The position numbers were made by a program, and so were the translations under genes. A stretch of DNA of 64,000 nucleotides from Bdellovibrionota bacterium (lineage in GTDB: Bacteria > Bdellovibrionota_C > UBA2361 > JAAYZI01), in the NCBI GenBank assembly GCA_050950765.1, contig JBMNIF010000002.1, positions 864,001-928,000 of the forward strand. Direction: 5' to 3'. The notes below the pieces were generated by a model, which worked only from the letters and a program-made list of their open reading frames with translations, was not told the origin of the DNA and did not search any database. The first letter of the stretch is position 1. Each line of letters starts with the position of its first letter. Below are positions 9,460-19,688 of the stretch, in pieces.

Positions 9460-12219
9460 TTAATTAAGCCTCTTTAAACCTGCCGGTAATTTTTCTCCAA
9501 AAAGGATGGATTGATCAGCCTCTTTAAATTCGACAAATTCGGTTATGGGCTTAATTTCCTCTGTAGTAGCACGACTCTGCTTCATCTTTTCAATGATATA
9601 TCTCCGATCGGCGTCTGAAATATCTCTGACACGGTCATTTGTAAGCCTCGTAGCTTGCAAGCAGGCGTATTTGAGCTGCTCGTATGGCGGCTTATTCCAG
9701 TCTAATTTATCCAGCTGCTTAAACCATGACATAACTTTACTTGGTACTACAACGGAGTTTAGTTCTGCATAGAGTGGTACTCGTGAAGCAACTCTTCCTA
9801 GTGCCCAACAAAATTGATCTTGTCCACTTAGTCCGCTGCGGAGTAGTCGCCGCACAATCAGGTCGCCGATCTGCATTCTAAAATCCATATCAATACGTTC
9901 TAACGCTGCTGCTAAACGAAAAAGCTCAGGGTTATCCGAATTACGGGTGTTAAGTTGTCGCGTAATGACAGCAAAGAGTGCATTTTGACGCTCTCGATTA
10001 AGTCCTCCCGCAACACGACGCCACATAATTGCCCACTGAATCTGAGCACTTTGTTCTTTTGGAAAGGCTAGCCCCAACTCAAAAACTCTCCATAGCTCCG
10101 TGATTCTAAAATCATCTAGCTCCGATCCGAAACCAGGTCGCAAAATAAAACCTGCTAGATTTAACCAAGTGCATTCGTGTGCAAGTGAACGGTTGCGCCG
10201 TGTTAAGCCAACTGCAAGGTCTTTCCAGAGAGCGCGTAAAAACGGTAGTGGCCAAGAGGTGCGCTCAAGTTCTGTAATTTTTTCTAAATCACGTATTAAA
10301 GTTTTTGGTGTCTGTTTTGTATTTGTGGGAGTGGTCTTTGAAGGCTTTCCGTAATACTTCAAAATAAGGTCTGAACAAGATCGGTGTGTATCTTTAGAGA
10401 TTATTACTTCATCACTGTGACGAAGTTTTTTTGAAGTAGCGCTATTTTTTAAAGAGAAAGAGATCTTACTGAGAGGCTTACCACCTTTTGTTACGCAGAA
10501 TAGTTCTAAAAGCCCTGTCTCTGTTAAAACTGAATTAATGATGACATTAACCGCACCATCTTTTGCTGAAGAGTTTGAAGTTAAAGGGATGATAGTTTGT
10601 AAAGGAGGTAAGATAGGGTGAAAATCGGTGTGATTTAACTGCACGATATCTCCTGCTTTATCAGAAGGACGCACTCCTGAATTAAAGAGTTGAAAACGAG
10701 CTGGTTGATTTACTGTTAGCATAAAGGAGTGCTGCTTGATGGTTACGGAGCCGCCACTTTCAAAACCTTTCGGTAAAAGGCAGAGTAGTTCTGGTTCTTT
10801 TTTGGTACCATCTGATTGCAGCTCAAGGTATACCGAACGCGGATATCCGCCACTGATCTTCCCTATTTTATCCTGTAAGATCTTACCGAAACGAGCAGCT
10901 CCGCAGGCAACTGATAGATCCATGTCATCGCTTGGAAGGAGGATAGGGGGACGACCTTTTTGCCACGTTGTTAACGTTTCCAAGATCCTTGTTTGTAAAA
11001 ATAAAGGCTTCAAAGTACCGCCATTAAAAAGGACGGCATCAATCGGAGTATCTTTAAGAAAGGCAGCTAAATGTTTTGTAATGGCTGTATCATTTACATA
11101 GGGGAGACCAAACTCTTTTAAGCCGCCGAGTTTTTTTGTAGGCGTAGCATCGGCGGAACAGAGAGGAAAAAAACCATCTAAAAGGATAGAGTAGATCTCT
11201 TTACGTGTAATAGAGGTGCTAAGGGTTGAAGAAAATAGTTCAGAACCTGCGCTTAAAATAGAGACGTAATAGGTAGTTTCTTCAGATTCTGTTGTATCGC
11301 TTAAGACACGCTCTTTTAAGAGGCGTGCTTGAAAAACAAGATCTTGCCACTGTTTTGTAGAAAGTTTTGAAGTTTGAAGCTTTTTTTCAAGATCTAACGC
11401 TAGCGTTAGGTCGATATTATCACCGCCAAGTAAGATATGATTACTGACTGCGATACGCTCGATTGAAAGATCGTTATTTTTTTTAGTGGGTGTTATTTTA
11501 AAGAGGCTGAAATCAGTAGTGCCTCCCCCCACATCGCAGATCAGGATTGTACTTGAAGGTGTTGGCAGATATTCAGAGAGTTGATGTTTCTCTAACCAAC
11601 TATAAAAAGCAGCTTGTGGCTCCTCTAAAAGTCTTACATCTTGCGGGTATGCTGCTTTACTTGCTGCTTCAAGGGTTAAGTGTTGTGCAACTTCATCAAA
11701 TGATGCCGGAACCGTTATTGTAACGTCCTGTTTTTCAAAAACGGTGTCAGGGTCGTCTTTTGCTATAGTGGCGTTCCAAACTTGGCGTAAGTAATCGAGA
11801 TAGTATGCTGAAGCTTCTAGTGGTGAAATCTTTTCTTTCGATGGGATAGAATCAGATCCCCACGGTAGGATTGGAGCGCTTCGATCGATATCAGCAAAGC
11901 TAAGCCACGATTTTGCAGATTGCACCACACGTTCAGGTAGTGAAGAGATCTTATTTTTGGCGAAGGCTCCAACTGCGAAGTTTATATATTGTTCTTCTGA
12001 AGTGTTCCAAGGTGTTTTTAAAAGGTCTTTTTTAATTTCTTGCGGAGTTGCGATGTAATAACAGGAAGGTAAGGTTTCTTGCTCGATAATCTGACCGATC
12101 TCGTGCAGTTGCGGAATTTTTAAAATTTGGGTGGTAGCTTTTTCAGATAGAGTATCGCAATACGCTAAGGCGCAGTTCGTAGTGCCGAGATCAATGCCGA
12201 TTTTATAGCGCTTTTTCAT
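9460..12219 (-). CDS. Hsp70/DnaK-like protein with C-terminal DUF3731-like domain
   Basis: GIDLGTTN, TVPASF, LLEEPQAA, DVGGGTTD, LGGDNID; C-terminal WLNLAGFILRPGFG and WRRVAGGL. Confidence 0.85.
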   Translation of the reverse strand: MKKRYKIGIDLGTTNCALAYCDTLSEKATTQILKIPQLHEIGQIIEQETLPSCYYIATPQEIKKDLLKTPWNTSEEQYINFAVGAFAKNKISSLPERVVQSAKSWLSFADIDRSAPILPWGSDSIPSKEKISPLEASAYYLDYLRQVWNATIAKDDPDTVFEKQDVTITVPASFDEVAQHLTLEAASKAAYPQDVRLLEEPQAAFYSWLEKHQLSEYLPTPSSTILICDVGGGTTDFSLFKITPTKKNNDLSIERIAVSNHILLGGDNIDLTLALDLEKKLQTSKLSTKQWQDLVFQARLLKERVLSDTTESEETTYYVSILSAGSELFSSTLSTSITRKEIYSILLDGFFPLCSADATPTKKLGGLKEFGLPYVNDTAITKHLAAFLKDTPIDAVLFNGGTLKPLFLQTRILETLTTWQKGRPPILLPSDDMDLSVACGAARFGKILQDKIGKISGGYPRSVYLELQSDGTKKEPELLCLLPKGFESGGSVTIKQHSFMLTVNQPARFQLFNSGVRPSDKAGDIVQLNHTDFHPILPPLQTIIPLTSNSSAKDGAVNVIINSVLTETGLLELFCVTKGGKPLSKISFSLKNSATSKKLRHSDEVIISKDTHRSCSDLILKYYGKPSKTTPTNTKQTPKTLIRDLEKITELERTSWPLPFLRALWKDLAVGLTRRNRSLAHECTWLNLAGFILRPGFGSELDDFRITELWRVFELGLAFPKEQSAQIQWAIMWRRVAGGLNRERQNALFAVITRQLNTRNSDNPELFRLAAALERIDMDFRMQIGDLIVRRLLRSGLSGQDQFCWALGRVASRVPLYAELNSVVVPSKVMSWFKQLDKLDWNKPPYEQLKYACLQATRLTNDRVRDISDADRRYIIEKMKQSRATTEEIKPITEFVEFKEADQSILFGEKLPAGLKRLN

Positions 12220-12274
12220 AACGATAGAGAGGTAGCACGTTCTTAAGTAAAAGGGTAGTTTTTTTACAATGTAC

Positions 12275-12411
12275 TAAGATCTTTTTTTCACCCTAGTATC
12301 TGTTTTTTTAGAGTGTTTTAAGAAATTTTTTTCCACCCTAGCATCTGTTTTTTAGAGTGTTTTAAGATCATCTTTCTATTTTACTATCTGTTTTTAGAAT
12401 ACATTAAGATC
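12275..12411. repeat. Degenerate ~45-bp tandem repeat, 3 copies
   Basis: TAAGA...CACCCTAG(T/C)ATCTGTTTTTTAGAGTGTTT repeated. Confidence 0.7.
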
Positions 12412-12470
12412 TTTTTATGTTTATTAAGGGGATAATAAAAACAATATTCTTTAATGAACAATAGTAAGGT

Positions 12471-12920
12471 TTAGACATACTCATCATCATTACCTCCTGT
12501 TACAATAACACCTAAGGTTCGTAATCTATCGATCATAAGGCAGATTCGGCGTTGGGCTTCTTCTACATCACTTATTTGAAGTGGTGGGAGTGATTGCAGG
12601 TCATCTTGAACAAGACGACGCTTCCCAGAAGACATATTGCGAAATAACGCTTCTGAAACTTCAGGAGAAGCTGCTTTTAGTGAAGTGACTAAATCTTTGT
12701 GGTCAACTTCTTTAATAAGGCGTTGAATACTGATGTCGGTAATCTCTACTATGTCCTCAAAGTTTATAATATTTAGAGAGATGGCTTGAAACAGTTCAGG
12801 ATCTTGAGTGATGATGGCGTTTAGAAGACGCTTTTTTTGAGTAGGTGGTAGGCTATTAAGAATTTTAGCGGCAACTCGAGGACCGTTTATCTTCTCATCG
12901 TTTCTATTGCTGTTTTCCAT
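12471..12920 (-). CDS. Stand-alone FliG C-terminal domain protein
   Basis: FEDIVEI...IQRLIKEVD...LFRNMS...DVEEAQRRI matches FliG_C; only 149 aa. Confidence 0.8.
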   Translation of the reverse strand: MENSNRNDEKINGPRVAAKILNSLPPTQKKRLLNAIITQDPELFQAISLNIINFEDIVEITDISIQRLIKEVDHKDLVTSLKAASPEVSEALFRNMSSGKRRLVQDDLQSLPPLQISDVEEAQRRICLMIDRLRTLGVIVTGGNDDEYV

Positions 12921-13086
12921 ATCTTGTTCCTCAGGAGGTGCGTCCGAATTAAAAGCGATGAGGTCACTTTAAAGTGTTATTAAAAATGGCACAATATTTT
13001 AAAGGTGTGTAGAGAATAAAGAGGTGGTTATTTTAGTCTGTATTAAAGATCTAAAATTGTAATGATAAAAAGGAAGGGAGAGGAAG

Positions 13087-13115
13087 AGTCGGCTTTTTAT
13101 AACAAAAAGCCGACT
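13087..13115. terminator. Intrinsic terminator hairpin
   Basis: AGTCGGCTTTTT-ATAAC-AAAAAGCCGACT just downstream of the HAD gene. Confidence 0.7.
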
Positions 13116-13132
13116 ACAAAAGTTTTGTTCAA

Positions 13133-14014
13133 TTAGACTGGAAGCAACAGTTCGATTATTGTTTGGATCTTATACAAGTTGTCATAAAGGTTACGTATGT
13201 CGTGAACATGATCATCACGAAGCATTCTTTCAACTTCAGCTACATCTAAATAGCATATGCCGTGACAGCCAGCGTTTTTAGCAGCTTTTATGCCGTTAAG
13301 ACTATCTTCAATGACTACGATCTGCCCTGTGGGAAGCCCAAGCCCTTCTGCCACTAAGCAAAGCGGTTCAGGATTTGGTTTCTTGTAACGGACTTCATCA
13401 CCACACACAATGCAATCAAAAAAACCGCTAATTCCGGTTGATCCTAATTTTACTTCAAGACTCTTTCTGGAAGAAGACGATGCGATTCCAATGGGGAACC
13501 CGTGACACTTAAGCGCTTGCAAAGTTTCAAGCACTTCTGGGCGCAGCATCTGGGAACGTCTAGTTTTGAACAGAACTTTGAGGGTTCTGTTAACCATGGA
13601 AATTATATCGTCAGCATTTAGATCCGAGACTTTAGCGTTTCCGAGTTTGCTGTTCAGCATCTCTCGAAAATCTTCATAGTCGTGTGAATCGATACGTTGT
13701 TGATTCTCTTCAATAGAGAAATCTGCGCCTAGCTTTCTCAAGATAAAGGAGAATGCCAGCCATTGGTAGAACTCACTTTTAAAGAGAGTTCCGTCGGCAT
13801 CGAAAATAACACCATCCAAATTGCGATCCTCTATGAGGGTTAACGTTTTGAACAGCAAGCTATATTCCAAGCTGTATCTCGGATCCGGAATTATAAGACC
13901 GCTGTTTTCTTCTGAACCTTTTTTGAAGTCTTGCAGTACAGAATCGATAAACGAAAGTATCCTAGAGGGTGTAATGCCCCTAGATGAAAAAACGTTGAGT
14001 AAAAAGGGAGACAT
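13133..14014 (-). CDS. HAD-superfamily phosphatase (beta-PGM/CbbY-like)
   Basis: IFDADGTL, IASSS, KKPNPE, VIEDSLNGIKAAKNAG. Confidence 0.85.
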   Translation of the reverse strand: MSPFLLNVFSSRGITPSRILSFIDSVLQDFKKGSEENSGLIIPDPRYSLEYSLLFKTLTLIEDRNLDGVIFDADGTLFKSEFYQWLAFSFILRKLGADFSIEENQQRIDSHDYEDFREMLNSKLGNAKVSDLNADDIISMVNRTLKVLFKTRRSQMLRPEVLETLQALKCHGFPIGIASSSSRKSLEVKLGSTGISGFFDCIVCGDEVRYKKPNPEPLCLVAEGLGLPTGQIVVIEDSLNGIKAAKNAGCHGICYLDVAEVERMLRDDHVHDIRNLYDNLYKIQTIIELLLPV

Positions 14015-14384
14015 TGAAAAACCTCCATGTCTATCTAAGGGTGAAAAACCTTGTCATCTACCAAGCCCAATTGTTACTGTGGATCGTAACAAGTCTTTAT
14101 TTTTAAAACAAATTTTTCCTTAACTTCCGAGCGTGGACACTTTTTTTAGAATAAATTTTCAAATAATCTTAACTAATTCTTTTTCAATCAGAATAGAACG
14201 GGGAGTATTGACCGCTTGCATCTTAAGGTAAAAAAGCGAAAACAGAGAATTCTCCGCTTTTTTCGGAGTGAAAATAATTTTATATGTCGTTTTTAGCTCA
14301 CCGTTAAAAGCTTCTAGGTGGAGGGTGGCACCATTAAAAACTTTAAAAAAACTCGGAAGCTGGAAAGTTTAGAACCATCAGGTC

Positions 14385-14801
14385 TTATTGAGCATGTTGA
14401 AGATTTAATTCGGAAAGCCCCTGTCTGGCATCACGTTCAATTTTTTCAAGGGCTACTTTGCAGTACTCAAAACGTATTTTGCCAAGATTCTCTTCCCCGA
14501 GCTCTTCAACTAAGAGGTATAGCGACTTTGCTAAGGCTTGCGCTAGGACGAGTATCCCGTCAAGTTGACACCTGTTTTCCCCGATTACAGTAAGTATGAT
14601 CTGGCTAACTTCTTCTATCTTTTGAGTGTAAAGATCCCATTTTTGAACACCATACTGTTCCAGCTCTTGAGGTGTTCTTTGCATGGCGCGAGCTATCTGA
14701 GTATCAATATTATGCAATGCTGCCAGTAGATTGCTCTCTAGCAGGAGCACTTTATTTTTTTCTTTTTTCATATAAGTGTCATCCATCGTTATAAATAGCA
14801 C
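14385..14801 (-). CDS. Hypothetical protein (start may be 14771)
   Basis: Helical ORF directly downstream of mtnN. Confidence 0.6.
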   Translation of the reverse strand: MLFITMDDTYMKKEKNKVLLLESNLLAALHNIDTQIARAMQRTPQELEQYGVQKWDLYTQKIEEVSQIILTVIGENRCQLDGILVLAQALAKSLYLLVEELGEENLGKIRFEYCKVALEKIERDARQGLSELNLQHAQ

Positions 14802-15564
14802 GCAAGATCTCTTTTGAAAAAGGGTGCCAGATGTCTCGTGTAAAAAGGGAGAAGTTTGCTAGGCTGCTCTGCGTCGCCGTATCTGAAACAACACGGATGA
14901 CAGTTAGTGGTTTTTTATATTCGTGACAAACTTGCGCTAAGGCACCTCCCTCCATATCAACGCAGGTGGCATCTGGAATTAACTCTAAAAGAGTATCTTT
15001 TTGCTCTTTTGTAGATATCACTTGGTCTCCTGTTGCCACAACACCGTTAAATAGGCGAGGAGAGGAGATCTGAAAACGGGTCAACTTTTCAGGTGAGATG
15101 TCAGATATAATGGAGCGATCTTCAATTATCTTAGAAAGGGCAGTTGCCTTACGGTGTAACTGATTGGAATCAATCTCAAAAAAAGGTTTTTTAAGTAACG
15201 GAGTGGCGAAACGTTTTAAAACAGGACGTCCATCAAAGTCGTGCTGGACAAGGCTTTTTGCGAGGACGATGTCTCCGATCCTAAGTTGTGGAGCAAGTGC
15301 ACCGCAGGTGCCAAGCGCGATTATTTCATCAACGTGATAGTGTTGCAGTAGTACTGCACAACAGGAAGCAGCGGCGACTTTTCCTATGGAAGATGCAGCT
15401 GCTACTGTTTCCACACCGTAGATACTTCCGCGAAAGTAATCGCGAGAACCGATCCTTTCACACTGCTTCTTTTCTAGTATCTCAATGATTCCGCTAAGTT
15501 CTACGTCTAGTGCGGTGATTATGCCGCTAAGCTTCTTCTTCATCGTCAGGTCGTTGACTCCCAT
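14779..15564 (-). CDS. mtnN: 5'-methylthioadenosine/SAH nucleosidase
   Basis: IGKVAAA, QHDFD, TGDQ, VDMEGGALAQVC, IRVVSD. Confidence 0.9.
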   Translation of the reverse strand: MGVNDLTMKKKLSGIITALDVELSGIIEILEKKQCERIGSRDYFRGSIYGVETVAAASSIGKVAAASCCAVLLQHYHVDEIIALGTCGALAPQLRIGDIVLAKSLVQHDFDGRPVLKRFATPLLKKPFFEIDSNQLHRKATALSKIIEDRSIISDISPEKLTRFQISSPRLFNGVVATGDQVISTKEQKDTLLELIPDATCVDMEGGALAQVCHEYKKPLTVIRVVSDTATQSSLANFSLFTRDIWHPFSKEILRAIYNDG

Positions 15565-15907
15565 TTAATCTGCTAATCATCCTAAGCGGATTAATTATAT
15601 TCGGATAGCTACTCTTTTTGAAGTTTTAAAGTGGTGATATTTTGAATATTAATCAGAAAAAGATATCGGATGAAGCTAGCAAGGTCTGATGGGGGGTGTG
15701 TGTATCGTATCTTGCGGAGGGGCAGATGCCCTGTTGTTATCTAAAAACAGACTATAAGGTAGCGCTTTTTATCTAAATTAAATAAAAATCTGGCGTGGAA
15801 AATCAGGCGTGGTGTTGTTAGCTTGATTTTTGAAGCTACTGAAGGTGTATATTAAAGCTCTTCTTAACGGGTGTTAATTTTAATGGCAACAAGGTAAAGT
15901 CTGAGGC

Positions 15908-17782
15908 ATGGATAAAATATATAAATCAGAAGACCAAGATGAAGCAGCAGTAGAGCTAGTTAAAGCTTTGACTGCAAAGCTTTCTGGGAAAGAGATCAGT
16001 TGTGAAAAAGGGCAGGTAGAATTAACACTTACCACCGCAGAAGCTATTCCTACCTTTAAAGTATTACGCGATGACACTGAGCTGCAATTTAATCTGTTGT
16101 TGAACGTTACGGCTGTTGATTTTTTAGATAAGACTTTTCCTTTAAAGAAAGGTAATGAACGCTTTGTGGTTGTGTACCACCTCTTAAGTTTACCCTTTAA
16201 GCGTCGTTTACGGGTTAAGCTTGTTGTACCAAGTGAAACCATGCAGGTTCCTTCCGTTTCTTCACTTTGGAAGAGTGCGCTTTTTATGGAGCGTGAAGTT
16301 TTTGATATGTTCGGTGTGAGATTTGAGGGGCACCCCGATCTCCGTCGCATCTTGATGTATGATGAATTCGAAGGACATCCGTTAAGGAAAGATTATCCGA
16401 TAGGATTAAAACAACCACGAATTAAATTGTTGCAGCCTGAAACTTCTAATGACGCTCTTAAAATGAGTCGCCCTGAATTAGTACACCTTAAAAAACAACG
16501 CTCTGATTCAGAGGGAGGCTATCCTCTCTCTTTTGGCGTGCCGCCGCAGGGTGCAACGGATGGGGGCTTGAAAATAAAGTTGCAACCTTCTGTTGTAGAT
16601 ATAGATGATGACCTGCATAGTGAAAGCTCTATTATTAGCATCGGACCATCACATCCTGCAACGCACGGTACGGTACGGATTGTTGCTGAAGTTGTAGGAG
16701 AGAGTGTTGTCAATGCCGATGTTGAGGTTGGCTATCTACATCGTGGTTTTGAGAAGATGGCTGAAGCGGGAACTTATGCGCAGCTTTTGCCGTATACTGA
16801 TAGATTAAACTACGTTTCTCCATTGATTAACAATGTCGGCTGGTGTTTAACAGTTGAACGTCTTCTGGGGATATCAGTTCCGAAGCGTAATCAATATATC
16901 CGTGTCTTGATGTCGGAGATATCGAGAGTTTGTGATCACTTGACCTGCATCGGTGCTTCTGCCATGGAGTTGGGTGCGTTTACAGTGATGTTATACCTGA
17001 TGCAGGCTAGGGAGTACCTTTGGGATCTGATCGAAGAGGTAACAGGGGCTAGGTTAACGGCATCATATGTGAGGATCGGCAGCTTGCGTTATGATCTACC
17101 TGTTGGGTTCGAAGTAAAGTTGGCAGAATCTTTTAAGAAAGTTCGTAGCCTTGTTTCTATGGTGGATAGATTATTAAGTCGCAATCGAATTTTTTTAAAT
17201 AGGATGTATGGTGTAGCAACTATTACACCGGAAGAAGCTCTCTCGTATGGTTTAACGGGACCGCTGCTGCGTGCCAGTGGTGTTAATTATGATGTTAGAA
17301 AGGCTTTTCCTTATTGTAGTTATGAGGATTTTGATTTTGAAGTTCCGTTAGGTGTGAACGGAGATAATTACGATCGGTATCAGGTAAGGATGTTAGAGAT
17401 TGAGCAATCATTAAGGATTGCTGAGCAGGCGCTTTCAAAGATGCCTGCTGGGGAGATCTCGGCAGAAGAGCCTGCTGTGGTGTTGCCGGATAAGGAGCAG
17501 GTCTATAACACGATTGAGGGTGAGATCCGACACTTTAAATTAATTATCGATGGAGTGCAGCCACCTGCGGGAGAGGTATACCTTCCGGTAGAAGGTGGAA
17601 ACGGAGAGCTCGCTTTTTATACCGTTTCCGATGGGAGTGGGCATCCGTATAGGGTGCATGTTAGAGCGCCCTCATTCGTGGCGATGGGAATTTTTAAGGA
17701 GCTTTTAAAAGGTTTGAATCTGGCTGATATCATCGCCACCTTCGGAATGATTAATATGATTGGCGGAGAGTGCGATCGTTAG
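15908..17782 (+). CDS. nuoCD: NADH-quinone oxidoreductase fused subunit C/D
   Basis: EREVFDMFG...GHPLRKDYP (NuoC) fused to GPSHPATHG, GYLHRGFEK and terminal GECDR (NuoD). Confidence 0.93.
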   Translation: MDKIYKSEDQDEAAVELVKALTAKLSGKEISCEKGQVELTLTTAEAIPTFKVLRDDTELQFNLLLNVTAVDFLDKTFPLKKGNERFVVVYHLLSLPFKRRLRVKLVVPSETMQVPSVSSLWKSALFMEREVFDMFGVRFEGHPDLRRILMYDEFEGHPLRKDYPIGLKQPRIKLLQPETSNDALKMSRPELVHLKKQRSDSEGGYPLSFGVPPQGATDGGLKIKLQPSVVDIDDDLHSESSIISIGPSHPATHGTVRIVAEVVGESVVNADVEVGYLHRGFEKMAEAGTYAQLLPYTDRLNYVSPLINNVGWCLTVERLLGISVPKRNQYIRVLMSEISRVCDHLTCIGASAMELGAFTVMLYLMQAREYLWDLIEEVTGARLTASYVRIGSLRYDLPVGFEVKLAESFKKVRSLVSMVDRLLSRNRIFLNRMYGVATITPEEALSYGLTGPLLRASGVNYDVRKAFPYCSYEDFDFEVPLGVNGDNYDRYQVRMLEIEQSLRIAEQALSKMPAGEISAEEPAVVLPDKEQVYNTIEGEIRHFKLIIDGVQPPAGEVYLPVEGGNGELAFYTVSDGSGHPYRVHVRAPSFVAMGIFKELLKGLNLADIIATFGMINMIGGECDR

Positions 17783-17847
17783 GTGAATGCGTAGTAAGGG
17801 TAGGTAGTAAGAGAGGATTGCAAAGTCGCAATTTTGGAGTTGAAAAG

Positions 17848-18351
17848 ATGTTGTCCGATAATTTAAAGGCAAAGATAGAACAACTTAAAAAATTATATCC
17901 GCAGCCACGTTCTGCTATTATGCCTGCTTTGCATATTGCGCAGGAAGAGGAGGGCTTTGTTTCGGAACAGATGATGCTAGATCTGGCGGAAGAGTTTGGA
18001 ATAACACCTATTCAAGTTAAAGAATTAGTCTCTTTTTATACGATGTATAAAACTAAGCCCGTTGGAAAGTATCATGTGCGAGTTTGTAGAACGCTCACTT
18101 GCGCTGTATTGGGAGCGAAATCACTGCAACAAGCTCTGATAGAGAGGCTACATCTTAAAGAGGGAGAGGTCTCGAAAGATGGGATGTGGAGCTATGAAGT
18201 TGTAGAGTGTTTAGGATCGTGCGGGACGGGTCCTGTGGTGCAGATAAATGATACCCTTTTTGAACAGATGACACCTGAAAAACTTTCTAAGCTTATGGAT
18301 AAAATTGAGATTGAAAAGCCGGATCTGAAACTACATGAGGAATGCAGATAA
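17848..18351 (+). CDS. nuoE: NADH-quinone oxidoreductase subunit E
   Basis: VSFYTMY, CRTLTC, ECLGSC 2Fe-2S ligands; ATG at 17848 after GGAG. Confidence 0.93.
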   Translation: MLSDNLKAKIEQLKKLYPQPRSAIMPALHIAQEEEGFVSEQMMLDLAEEFGITPIQVKELVSFYTMYKTKPVGKYHVRVCRTLTCAVLGAKSLQQALIERLHLKEGEVSKDGMWSYEVVECLGSCGTGPVVQINDTLFEQMTPEKLSKLMDKIEIEKPDLKLHEECR

Positions 18352-19591
18352 AATGAAGGGGCATTTGCAGATTTTATTACAAAATGTACAACACGATGAT
18401 CAATATCTTTTAAAAGGTGCTCGTGCGCGTGGTGCATATAGCGCTTTGCAGAAGGCTTTGAAACTTACCCCGCAAGAGGTGATTGAGGAAGTGAAAAAAT
18501 CACAGTTGCGTGGACGAGGCGGTGCTGGATTTCCGACAGGTATGAAGTGGAGCTTTGTGCCGCGAGATAGTGGCAAGCCTGTTTATCTCCTTGCTAATGC
18601 AGATGAATCGGAGCCAGGAACTTTTAAGGATCGTTTATTAATTGAGAGAGACCCGCACCTGATTATCGAGGGTGCTATGATAGCGGCTTATGCTATCGGT
18701 GCAGAGTGGGCGTGTATCTTTATTAGGGGTGAGTATACGTACCCATATCAACGTATAAAGGCGGCTGTGGATGAATGTTATGCAGCAGGTCTCTTAGGAA
18801 AAAATATCTTCGGTACCTCTTTTAATTTAGATCTGGTGGTGCATCGTGGAGCAGGAGCTTATGTTTGCGGAGAGGAGAGTGCGCAGCTGGATGCTATTGA
18901 GGGAAAAAGGGGGAGACCGCGCCTAAAGCCACCTTTCCCAGCTGTTTCAGGTTTGTATGGTTGCCCAACAGTTATTAACAACATAGAGACGCTTTCAAAC
19001 ATCCCGTGGATTATTCAAAATGGTGGCGAGGCGTATGCTGCGATAGGGGTTGAGAAATCAAGTGGTACGAAGTTAGTTAGTGCTTCGGGGCATATTAATA
19101 AGTCAGGGGTGTATGAAGTAGAGTTGGGTTATAAATTACTCGATCTTATAAATAATGAGTGCGGTGGTGTTAGAGCGGATCGCCGTTTAAAAGCAGTTTT
19201 CCCTGGTGGATCGTCGGTTAATGTTTTGCGTGCTGATGAATTGGAGGGAGTGACCCTTGATTATGAAGGGTTAAGACAAGCCGGATCTTCCTTAGGGTGC
19301 GCGGGGTTTGTCGTTCTTGATGATAGCTGTTCTATGCCTGAGGTGGCGCTTAATTTAGCACATTTTTACCGACATGAATCGTGCGGACAGTGTACCCCGT
19401 GTCGAGAAGGGGGGCATTGGATAGAAAAGATTTTGCAAAGAATAGTAGATGGTAATGGCAGACCGGATGATGCTGACCTTATTATCTCTATCTGTGACAA
19501 TATCGGAGCACATACCGTTTGCGCTCTCGGGGATACTATGGTGCTACCCCTTAGAAGCATCGTAATGAAATTTAGGGATGAATTTCGTTAA
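18335..19591 (+). CDS. nuoF: NADH-quinone oxidoreductase subunit F
   Basis: GRGGAGFPTGMKW, NADESEPGTFKDR, GAGAYVCGEE, ESCGQCTPCREG. Confidence 0.95.
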   Translation: MRNADKMKGHLQILLQNVQHDDQYLLKGARARGAYSALQKALKLTPQEVIEEVKKSQLRGRGGAGFPTGMKWSFVPRDSGKPVYLLANADESEPGTFKDRLLIERDPHLIIEGAMIAAYAIGAEWACIFIRGEYTYPYQRIKAAVDECYAAGLLGKNIFGTSFNLDLVVHRGAGAYVCGEESAQLDAIEGKRGRPRLKPPFPAVSGLYGCPTVINNIETLSNIPWIIQNGGEAYAAIGVEKSSGTKLVSASGHINKSGVYEVELGYKLLDLINNECGGVRADRRLKAVFPGGSSVNVLRADELEGVTLDYEGLRQAGSSLGCAGFVVLDDSCSMPEVALNLAHFYRHESCGQCTPCREGGHWIEKILQRIVDGNGRPDDADLIISICDNIGAHTVCALGDTMVLPLRSIVMKFRDEFR

Positions 19592-19688
19592 TGTTTTTGC
19601 TGGAGTTAAGGTACCCACTTTTTACCCCCGTTAAGATCTATCCGATTCGTTTTTTCAGTTGCCGCCCGCTCAATTGAAGTTATATTGT

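Noticed and set aside
15880..16350. Antisense ORFs within housekeeping genes (also 21488-21943, 23820-24374, 35674-36297)
   Set aside because: Shadow ORFs opposite well-supported genes, with no recognisable motifs
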